Shown: positions 17,968-26,141 of the stretch, piece by piece | Layout: each line of letters begins with the position of its first letter | How positions within the stretch are numbered: position 1 is the first letter of the stretch | Made by a program: the position numbers and the translations under genes | The notes under the pieces: generated by a model | Told to the model about the DNA's origin: nothing | The model's database searches: none | The model's input: only the letters and a program-made list of their open reading frames with translations | Source of the DNA: an uncultured Solirubrobacteraceae bacterium | Lineage (GTDB): Bacteria > Actinomycetota > Thermoleophilia > Solirubrobacterales > Solirubrobacteraceae | Direction of reading: 5' to 3' | DNA: 52,109 nt | NCBI GenBank assembly: GCA_964588985.1 | Contig: CAZPQW010000012.1 | Coordinates: forward strand, 46,964 to 99,072

Positions 17968-20900
17968 CAGACGCCGGCCTCGCCGACCACGCCCAACGAC
18001 AGGTCGCTCGCCGGGCCGCCATTGGGAGCGGCGGCGCGCGCGGCCTCCTCTTCCTCGGCGCGCTGGCGCAGCACACGCTTGTAGTCGTGCGGCATCACCT
18101 TCACGAACGCGCTCTTGCCGAGCAGCTCGTCGAACTCTCCCAGCACGCGCGCGGCGACCGGGGACTCGGTGCGGCGCCGGTGCTCTTCGACCATCGCGCG
18201 CAGCTCGATCGCGTCCGCCTCGGAGATCTCGTCGAAGCCGACCATGCCCATGTTGCAGCGCTCGGAGAACACGCCCTCCTCGTCGAGCACGTAGGCCACG
18301 CCGCCGCTCATGCCCGCGGCGAAGTTGCGTCCGGTCGGGCCGAGCACGACCACGCGACCGCCGGTCATGTACTCGCAGCCGTGGTCGCCCACGCCCTCCA
18401 CGACCGCCCACGCGCCGGAGTTGCGAACGCCGAAGCGCTCGCCCGCGAGCCCGCGGAAGAACGCGCGACCGGACGTGGCGCCGTAGAGGACGGTGTTGCC
18501 CACGATCACGTTCTGCTCGGCGTGGAAGTGCTCGCCCATGCCCTCGCGCGGGCGGATCGCGAACACGCCGCCGGAGAGCCCCTTGCCGGCGTAGTCGTTC
18601 GCGTCGCCGCGCAGCGTGAACGTCACGCCCGGCGCGAGCCAGCCGCCGAAGCTCTGCCCGGCGGAGCCTTCGAAGTCGACCACGATCGAGTCTTCGTCCA
18701 ACCCCGCCGCACCGCAGCGCTCGGCGATGTGGCTGGAGAGGATGCCGCCCACGCAACGGTTGCGGTTGCGGATCTCCATCTCGATCTTGACCGGCTCACG
18801 ACGTTCGAGCGCGAGCTGCGAGCGCTTCACGAGCTCCCAGTCGAGCGCGTCCTCGAGCACCTCCGGCGGTGCTTCCACGCGACGCCGCGGCGTCTCGGCC
18901 GGAAGGTCGACGTTCGTCAGCAGGTGCGTGAGGTCGACCCCGCGCGCCTTCCAGTGGTCGATCGCCTCGGCCGCGCCGAGCAGGTCCACGCGCCCGGTGG
19001 CCTCGTCGAGCGAGCGCAGGCCGACGGAGGCAAGGATCTCGCGCACTTCCTCGGCCACGAAGAAGAAGAAGTTGACCACGTGCTCGGGGGTGCCCTTGAA
19101 GCGCTTGCGCAGCTCCGGGTCCTGCGTGGCGATGCCCACTGGACACGTGTTCAGGTGACAGGCGCGCATCATGATGCAGCCGGTGGCGATCAGCGGCGCG
19201 GTGGAGAAGCCCATCTCGTCCGCTCCGAGCATCGCCGCGATGACCACGTCGCGGCCGGTCTTCAGCTGACCGTCGGTCTGCACGACGATGCGCGAGCGCA
19301 GGTCGTTCATCAGCAGCGTCTGCTGGGTCTCCGCGAGGCCGATCTCCCAGGGGACGCCGGCCGCCTGGATCGAGGACAGCGGCGATGCGCCCGTGCCGCC
19401 GTCGTGGCCGGCGATCAGCACGCGGTCCGCGTTGGCCTTCGACACGCCCGCCGCGACGGTGCCGACGCCGACCTCGGAGACGAGCTTGACCGACACCTGC
19501 GCTTTGGGGTTCGCGCAGCGCAGGTCGTAGATCAGCTGCTTGAGGTCCTCGATCGAGTAGATGTCGTGGTGCGGCGGCGGGGAGATCAGCCCCACACCGG
19601 GGGTGGTGTGGCGGATCGAGCCGATGTACTCGTCGACCTTGTGCCCGGGCAGCTGCCCGCCCTCTCCGGGCTTCGCGCCCTGAGCCATCTTGATCTGCAG
19701 CTCGTCGGCGTTGACGAGGTAGTGGATAGTCACGCCGAAGCGCCCGGAGGCGACCTGCTTGATCGCCGAGCGGCGACGGTCGCCGTTCCTGTCGGGCAGG
19801 AAGCGCGACGGGTCCTCCCCGCCCTCGCCCGTGTTCGAGCGTCCGCCGAGTCGGTTCATCGCGATCGCGAGCGTCTCGTGCGCCTCGCGCGAGATCGACC
19901 CGAGACTCATCGCCCCGGTGCAGAAGCGCCTGACGATCTCGCTCGCTGGCTCGACCTCCTCCAGCGCAATCGGCGTGGAGTGCTCGTCGCCGATCCGAAG
20001 CAGCCCGCGAAGCGTCGCGCGACGCGACGCGTCCTCGTTGACCGTGCGCGCATACTCGCGGTACTTCTCGAACGCCGGGCTCTCGCGCACCTGCTCGCGG
20101 GCCGCACCGTCGCCTTTGAGCGCCTGCTCGACGTTGCCGTTGGCCGCGCGCACCGCGTGCTGCACGAGCGCGATCGTCTCTGGGTTCCACATGTGGTGCT
20201 CGCCGTCGCGACGCCACGCGTACACGCCACCCACCGGCAGCAGATCGTCGTGCGTGGTCGGATACGCGCGTGCGTGGCGCTCGAGCGCCTCGGTCGCGAG
20301 CTCCTTCAGGCCGATGCCACCGATGCGCGACGCGGTGCCGGTGAAGTGCAGGTCGATCAGCTCCCGCTCGAGGCCCACCGCCTCGAAGATCTGCGCGCCG
20401 CGGTAGGACTGGATAGTCGAGATCCCCATCTTGGAGATCGTCTTCAACAGACCTTTGCCGATCGCTTTGACCACGTTCTGCGCCGCGTCCTCCGCGGTCA
20501 GGGAGACCGGCACGCCGTCCGCGCCCGGCTTCACCACGCGCCCTTCGAAGACGAGTTCGTCGAGGGTCTCGAGCATCAGATACGGGTTGATTGCGCTCGC
20601 GCCGTAGCCGATCAGCGTGGCGAAGTGGTGCACCTCGCGCGGCTCGCCCGACTCGACGATGATCCCCGCCCGCAGACGCGTGCCCTCGAGCACGAGGTGG
20701 TGGTGGACCGCGGCGAGCGCGAGCAGCGAGGGGATCGGCGCGCGGCGGGGGCCGACGAGCCGGTCGGAGAGGATGATGATGTTGACGTCTTCGGCGATCG
20801 CCTCGCGCGCCTTGGTGCAGATGCGGACGATCGCCTCGCTCATCCCGGCCTCGGGAGTCTTCGCGACCCCGTCGCCGTCGAGGATCGACCAGGTGGTGTC

Positions 20901-22658
20901 GATCGTGAGCGCTTTGTATACGTCGTGGTCGACGTGGCGCAGCGTCTCGAGCTCGCGATTGAGCAGGATCGGCTGGTCGAGCAGCAGCTTGTGCGCGTGC
21001 TCGGGGGTCTCGTCGAACAGGTTGCGCTCGTTGCCGAGGCTCGTCGCGAGGCTCATCACGATTTCCTCGCGGATCGGGTCGATCGGCGGGTTGGTGACCT
21101 GCGCGAACAGCTGCTTGAAGTAGGAGAACAGCGGCGGCGCCTGGTCGGAGAGCACCGCGAGGGCGGCGTCGTTACCCATCGAGCCGATCGGCTCGGCCCC
21201 ATCGACGGCAGTCGGCGTGAGCAGCACGCGCAGGTCCTCCTGGGTGTAGCCGAAGGCGCGCTGGCGCAAGCGCAAAGGCTGATCCGACAGCGTCACTTCG
21301 CTGGAGGGCGGCAGGTTGGCGAAGGGCACCGCGTTGCGCTCGAACCACTCGCCGTAGGGACGGTGGGTGGCGACCTCGCGCTTGACCTCCTCGTCCTCCA
21401 CGATCCGCCCGCTCTGCAGGTCGACGAGGAAGAGCTTTCCGGGCTGCAGGCGCCCAAGACGGCGCACCCGCTCGGGAGCGATGTCCAGCAGCCCCGACTC
21501 CGAGCCGAGCACCACGTGCCCATCGGTCGTCTCCACCCAGCGGCCGGGGCGCAGGCCGTTGCGGTCGAGCGTCGCACCGACGACGCGCCCGTCGGTGAAC
21601 GCCACCGATGCCGGGCCGTCCCACGGCTCCATAAGGCAGGAGTGGAAGGCGTAGAAGCCCTTCAGGTAGTCGGGCAGGTCCTCGCGGTTGCGGTATGCCT
21701 CGGGGATCATCATCATCGCCGCGTGCGGCAGTGAGCGTCCGCCGAGCATCAGCAGCTCGAGCACGTTGTCGAACGTCGCCGAGTCGGAGTTGCCGACGCT
21801 GACGACGGGCAGGATCTTCTTGAGGTCCTCGCCGAACAGCTCGCTGCGCAACTCGCTCTCGCGTGCGCGCATCCAGTTGACGTTGCCCATCACCGTGTTG
21901 ATCTCGCCGTTGTGGCAGATCACGCGGTACGGGTGGGCGAGCTCCCAGCTGGGGAACGTGTTGGTGGAGAAGCGCGAGTGCACGAGCGCGAGCGCGCTCT
22001 TGCAGCGCTCGTCGCGCAGGTCGCTGTAGAAGGCCGCCAGCTGGAAGCTGATCAGCATGCCCTTGTAGTTGATCGTGCGCGAGGAGCTGGAGGTGACGTA
22101 CAGGCCTGGGTCCTCCGCGTTCAGCTCGCAGATCCTGCGGATCACGTACAGCTTGCGCTCGAAGGCGTCCTGATCCCCCGCGAGCGCCTCGCCGGCGCCG
22201 ACGAACAGCTGGCGGATCACCGGGCGGCAGGCGCCGGCGACCTCGCCGGTGTGCTCCTCGCAGACCGGCACGTCGCGCCAGCCGAGCAGCCGCTGCCCCT
22301 CGGCCTGGACTGTCCGCTCGAGCAGCGACTCGAGCCTCACGCGCACGGCGGTGTCGGTCGGCAGGAAGCACATCAGCACGCCGTAGGAGCCGGGCGCGGG
22401 CAGCTCGAAGTCGACGACCGCGCGCAGCAGCTCGTCGGGCATCTGCATCAGGATCCCCGCGCCGTCGCCCGTGCTCGGGTCCGCCCCTGAGGCGCCGCGA
22501 TGCTCGAGGTTCTCGAGCGCCGTGATCGCCCACGAGACCACCTCATGAGTTGGCTGGTTGTCCAGCCGGGCCACCATGCCGACGCCGCACGCGTCGTGCT
22601 CGAAGCGGGGGTCGTAGAGGCCGACGGCCTTTGGCGGCTGCATGTTGTGCGAGTTCAT
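17967..22658 (-). CDS. gltB: Glutamate synthase large subunit
   Basis: EHDACGVG (N-terminal Cys), HSRFSTNT, EPWDGPA, KQVASGRFGV, IKMAQGAKPGEGGQLPG, GCIMMRACHLNTCPVG, GXGXG domain. Confidence 0.97.
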   Translation of the reverse strand: MNSHNMQPPKAVGLYDPRFEHDACGVGMVARLDNQPTHEVVSWAITALENLEHRGASGADPSTGDGAGILMQMPDELLRAVVDFELPAPGSYGVLMCFLPTDTAVRVRLESLLERTVQAEGQRLLGWRDVPVCEEHTGEVAGACRPVIRQLFVGAGEALAGDQDAFERKLYVIRRICELNAEDPGLYVTSSSSRTINYKGMLISFQLAAFYSDLRDERCKSALALVHSRFSTNTFPSWELAHPYRVICHNGEINTVMGNVNWMRARESELRSELFGEDLKKILPVVSVGNSDSATFDNVLELLMLGGRSLPHAAMMMIPEAYRNREDLPDYLKGFYAFHSCLMEPWDGPASVAFTDGRVVGATLDRNGLRPGRWVETTDGHVVLGSESGLLDIAPERVRRLGRLQPGKLFLVDLQSGRIVEDEEVKREVATHRPYGEWFERNAVPFANLPPSSEVTLSDQPLRLRQRAFGYTQEDLRVLLTPTAVDGAEPIGSMGNDAALAVLSDQAPPLFSYFKQLFAQVTNPPIDPIREEIVMSLATSLGNERNLFDETPEHAHKLLLDQPILLNRELETLRHVDHDVYKALTIDTTWSILDGDGVAKTPEAGMSEAIVRICTKAREAIAEDVNIIILSDRLVGPRRAPIPSLLALAAVHHHLVLEGTRLRAGIIVESGEPREVHHFATLIGYGASAINPYLMLETLDELVFEGRVVKPGADGVPVSLTAEDAAQNVVKAIGKGLLKTISKMGISTIQSYRGAQIFEAVGLERELIDLHFTGTASRIGGIGLKELATEALERHARAYPTTHDDLLPVGGVYAWRRDGEHHMWNPETIALVQHAVRAANGNVEQALKGDGAAREQVRESPAFEKYREYARTVNEDASRRATLRGLLRIGDEHSTPIALEEVEPASEIVRRFCTGAMSLGSISREAHETLAIAMNRLGGRSNTGEGGEDPSRFLPDRNGDRRRSAIKQVASGRFGVTIHYLVNADELQIKMAQGAKPGEGGQLPGHKVDEYIGSIRHTTPGVGLISPPPHHDIYSIEDLKQLIYDLRCANPKAQVSVKLVSEVGVGTVAAGVSKANADRVLIAGHDGGTGASPLSSIQAAGVPWEIGLAETQQTLLMNDLRSRIVVQTDGQLKTGRDVVIAAMLGADEMGFSTAPLIATGCIMMRACHLNTCPVGIATQDPELRKRFKGTPEHVVNFFFFVAEEVREILASVGLRSLDEATGRVDLLGAAEAIDHWKARGVDLTHLLTNVDLPAETPRRRVEAPPEVLEDALDWELVKRSQLALERREPVKIEMEIRNRNRCVGGILSSHIAERCGAAGLDEDSIVVDFEGSAGQSFGGWLAPGVTFTLRGDANDYAGKGLSGGVFAIRPREGMGEHFHAEQNVIVGNTVLYGATSGRAFFRGLAGERFGVRNSGAWAVVEGVGDHGCEYMTGGRVVVLGPTGRNFAAGMSGGVAYVLDEEGVFSERCNMGMVGFDEISEADAIELRAMVEEHRRRTESPVAARVLGEFDELLGKSAFVKVMPHDYKRVLRQRAEEEEAARAAAPNGGPASDLSLGVVGEAGV

Positions 22659-22844
22659 GGAAGTGCTCCCTTGGGACGGTGCATCCCGCGCAGAGTGGTG
22701 GACACCCCTTGCAGGAGTACCCACCGTGGCGCAGGCAGGCGGGCACCTGAGGCGGAGCCAGGAAGCGTAGCAGCGCTGGGAAGCCGCAAACAGGCCGAGC
22801 AAGCGAATCTCGACAGCCGTCGAAACGGCGCTGGATCGCTGTAG

Positions 22845-25800
22845 TCAAGGGGTCAGAGGCAGCTGCGCACCTACGGCGAGATCCGCCAGGGGGTCCTCGC
22901 GCATCGTCTCCATCTCCCCCCAACTGCACAGACCGCCCCTGCCGGGGCAGGTGAGACACAGGCCGCGGTGCGGCTCGGCGCTGACGTCGAACGTGCGCAT
23001 GCGCTCTCGAGCCCGCGCAAGCCGCTCGGCCAGGCGATCCTCGAGCGCTCCGCGGTCAGCCGCGGCGTAAGCGGCGGCGACCGGCTCGTGCGGACGCTGC
23101 AGGAACCAGTGAACGACCTCCACGCTCGCAGCCCCGTCGCGTAGGACGGCGAGCGCGTAGAGCAGACGCTGGATGCCGTAGTCGCGCTCGACGAGCGCCC
23201 CCAGGTCGACATCCGGGCCGACACGATCGCTCTTGTAGTCGAGCACCAGCACGCCGCCGTTCGCCTCGTGGGCGAGGAGGTCCACGACGCCGGTGATCAG
23301 CGGCTCGTGCGGCGCGAGCGAGAACGCGAACGGGTGCTCACGACTGACGCTCGCCGCCGCTCCCACCCGCGCCGCCAACGGGGCCGCGAGCGCGGTGTCG
23401 AGCAGCGCGGCGATCTCCTCGCGCTCCTCGCGCCCTACGCGCATCCCCAGCTCACGGGCCACGCGAGCGACGTCCTCGCTCGACGGCGCCACAGGATGAG
23501 CGAAGTCGACCGACTCGAGCAGCTTGTGCGCGAGGGTCCCGCGGGCGCGCGCCTCTATGCCTGTGCCTCCGCCCTGCGTCCTCGCGGCCGTGCGGTCCTC
23601 GCGCAGGCCGAGCACGCGTTCGAGGTAGTAGCGGTAGGCGCAGCGCTCCAGCTCGCTGAGCGCCGTGTAGCTGAGGGTGGCCGGGGGCACGCCTTGCGAC
23701 TCGGAGGCGACGGGCGGCTGAGCCGGGATGCGCGATCTCGAGACTTCGCTCTCGTGCGCTCGCGCATCGGCGGTCGATGACGTCGCCTGAGGCGCATCCA
23801 CGGCCGAGCCGCCGTCCAGACGCAGCACCGCGCCGACGCTCCGCGGCGCGTTCAGCTCACAGCGCACACGCGCCGCACCGACCGCAATCTCGAAGGACGA
23901 GGCCTCACCGCTCATGGCGAGAGCTGGCAGCTCGGACGAGAGAGCGGGCCCGAGCCAGGAGATCGTGCTCCCGCCCTGGCGCCACTCGGGCCAGCGGTCG
24001 AAGTCGACCGCTCCGCTGAGGATCAGGCGCTCGCGCGCACGGGTCATGGCGACATAGACGATGCGGTCCTCCTCCTGTGCTTCCGCCGCTCGGCGCGTCT
24101 CGCACAGGCGCTCGTAGTCCATCGCGGGCGTCGGCTTCGAACCATCGAGGCGCGCAAGCCGGAGGCCGACGCGCTCGCCGTCCACGAGCAGATCGCCCAC
24201 GCCGGTGTTCTGCGCTCGGCCGAGATCGGCGACGCACACCACTGCGAACTCCAAGCCCTTGGCCGCGTGGATCGTCATCAGCCGCACCGCGTCAGGTTCG
24301 ACGCCGTCGACCGGCGCGTCCGGCTCGGCGCTGCTCTGCGCGTCGCGCAGGTGGGCGACGTGGTCGAGGAACCCGCGTAGGTCGCGGCCTTCGGAAGCTT
24401 CGAAGCGACGCGCGAGACGCAGCAGCTTGTGGACATTCGCCAGACGCCGCTGTCCCCATTCCAGCCCGAGCACGTGCTCGCGGTAGCCGGAGGCGTCGAT
24501 CGCGCGCACGAGCAGCTGCGAGACGGTTCGCCGCGACGCGGCGGCGCGCTCGGCCTGAAGGCGCGCGCAGGAAGTCGTGAGCAGCCGCCGATCGGAATCG
24601 GAGAGCCCGGCCACCCCGTCGGCGTCGAGCGCCACCTCCCAAGCACCGCGCCTGCCCTCGCGGGCGGTGCGCGCGAGCAGAGCGAGTCCGTCCAGCGATA
24701 CGCCCGCGAGCGGGCTGGCGAGCGTCGCGTAGAGCGCCTCCTCGTCGAGTGGGTTCGCCAGCGCGCGCAGATACGCGAGCAGGTCGCCGACCTGCTGGTG
24801 CTCCCAGAAGCCGCCGACGGCCGCCAACGTGCGCACCCCGCACAGCTGCAGCGCCCGCTCGTAGACGTCGAGATCTCCGACCGCCCGCAGCAGCACGACG
24901 ATCTCGCCGGCACGCGCGTGCCCTTCGTGGATCAGATCGGCGATGCGCTGGGCGAGCAGACGTGCCTCCGCCTGTCGCCACAAGGGAGCCGTGGGCAGCC
25001 CGTCGGCGATCCTCTCGGCGAGCGGCTCGCTCTCCTCCCAGCCCGACCTGGACGTCAGCAGCACCTCGGCGCGTGGCTCGTCATCCTGGGACGACTCCTC
25101 CTCGCGAGCGGCGATCAACGGGACGAAGTCGAAGAAGCGCTCCGCGAACGCCGCGTTGACCACGTCCAGCAGCTCGCGGCGGCTGCGGAAGTTGCTCCGC
25201 AGCGCGAGGCTCCCGCCTAGCTCGGACAGCTCATCCCGGCGCCCACGGAAGAGGCTCACGTCTGCGTGCCTGAAGCCGTAGATCGACTGCAGCTCGTCGC
25301 CGACCGTGAAGAGGTTCCCGCGGTCGAGCGCGCGCAGGATCGCAAGCTGACGCGGGTTGGTGTCCTGAAACTCGTCGACCATCAGCAGCTCGAAGCGCTG
25401 CGACCACGTGTCGCGGACGCTCGCTCGCTCGTCCAGCAGCTCGCGTGCGCACAGCTCGAGATCGTCGAAGTCCATGGCGCCACGCGCGTGCTTGAGCTGC
25501 TCGTAGGCGCCGCCGAATCCGGCCAGCAGCTCGTCCAGCAGGAGGCACGCAGCGGCCGCTTCGGCGTGCTCGGGATCCAGGCTCTCCGCTCCGACGGCGA
25601 ATGGAGACGGGAGTCTTGGCAGGCGCTGCCCCTGGCTGCGCAGCTGCGCGTGGGCGGCTGCGATCATCGTGTGCACGCGATCGACGCCATAGGCGGCGAT
25701 CAGGTCGACCGCGGCTGGGCGTTCGTCGCGCACGAAGTTGCGCAGTGCCTCGGAGAACGCGCGGTCGCGCAGCCGCCCCGCGAGCCCCTCGTCGAGGATC

Positions 25801-26141
25801 GTGAAGTCCGGGTCGAGCCCCGCCATCAACGGGTGCGAGCGCAGCAGGCGCGCGCAGAAGCCGTGGAAGGTCCCCACGAACGCGGCCTCGGTGTCGCGTG
25901 CGGCTTCGCGCTCGCCGAGCTCGAGGAAGCGCGCCCGCACGCGCTCGCGCAGCTCGCCCGCGGCGCGCTCGGTGAACGTGATCGCGAGGATCTGCCCCGG
26001 CGCGACACCGTCCTCGCGCACCGCTCTGACGAAGCGCTCGACGAGCACGGATGTCTTGCCGCTGCCCGCGGCGGCGGACAACAGCAGCGGCTCGCCGCGC
26101 CGGGCGACCGCCTGCTCCTGCTCCTCGGTCAGCGCTCGCAT
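22845..26141 (-). CDS. addA: ATP-dependent helicase/nuclease subunit A (UvrD helicase plus PD-(D/E)XK nuclease)
   Basis: AAAGSGKT, DEFQD, VGDELQSIYGFR, NFRS, TIHAAKGLE, YVAMTRA, DLL...DYKS. Start ATG 26141. Confidence 0.88.
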   Translation of the reverse strand: MRALTEEQEQAVARRGEPLLLSAAAGSGKTSVLVERFVRAVREDGVAPGQILAITFTERAAGELRERVRARFLELGEREAARDTEAAFVGTFHGFCARLLRSHPLMAGLDPDFTILDEGLAGRLRDRAFSEALRNFVRDERPAAVDLIAAYGVDRVHTMIAAAHAQLRSQGQRLPRLPSPFAVGAESLDPEHAEAAAACLLLDELLAGFGGAYEQLKHARGAMDFDDLELCARELLDERASVRDTWSQRFELLMVDEFQDTNPRQLAILRALDRGNLFTVGDELQSIYGFRHADVSLFRGRRDELSELGGSLALRSNFRSRRELLDVVNAAFAERFFDFVPLIAAREEESSQDDEPRAEVLLTSRSGWEESEPLAERIADGLPTAPLWRQAEARLLAQRIADLIHEGHARAGEIVVLLRAVGDLDVYERALQLCGVRTLAAVGGFWEHQQVGDLLAYLRALANPLDEEALYATLASPLAGVSLDGLALLARTAREGRRGAWEVALDADGVAGLSDSDRRLLTTSCARLQAERAAASRRTVSQLLVRAIDASGYREHVLGLEWGQRRLANVHKLLRLARRFEASEGRDLRGFLDHVAHLRDAQSSAEPDAPVDGVEPDAVRLMTIHAAKGLEFAVVCVADLGRAQNTGVGDLLVDGERVGLRLARLDGSKPTPAMDYERLCETRRAAEAQEEDRIVYVAMTRARERLILSGAVDFDRWPEWRQGGSTISWLGPALSSELPALAMSGEASSFEIAVGAARVRCELNAPRSVGAVLRLDGGSAVDAPQATSSTADARAHESEVSRSRIPAQPPVASESQGVPPATLSYTALSELERCAYRYYLERVLGLREDRTAARTQGGGTGIEARARGTLAHKLLESVDFAHPVAPSSEDVARVARELGMRVGREEREEIAALLDTALAAPLAARVGAAASVSREHPFAFSLAPHEPLITGVVDLLAHEANGGVLVLDYKSDRVGPDVDLGALVERDYGIQRLLYALAVLRDGAASVEVVHWFLQRPHEPVAAAYAAADRGALEDRLAERLARARERMRTFDVSAEPHRGLCLTCPGRGGLCSWGEMETMREDPLADLAVGAQLPLTP

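Noticed and set aside
18087-21734. 1215-aa plus-strand ORF and many similar Arg/Ala-rich overlapping ORFs across the window
   Set aside because: Stop-poor alternative frames of high-GC genes (here gltB); no motifs.
22811-22825. 15-mer CGACAGCCGTCGAAA also present inverted near 3165-3179
   Set aside because: A match this short is expected by chance in 52 kb of high-GC DNA, and its orientation relative to the genes differs.
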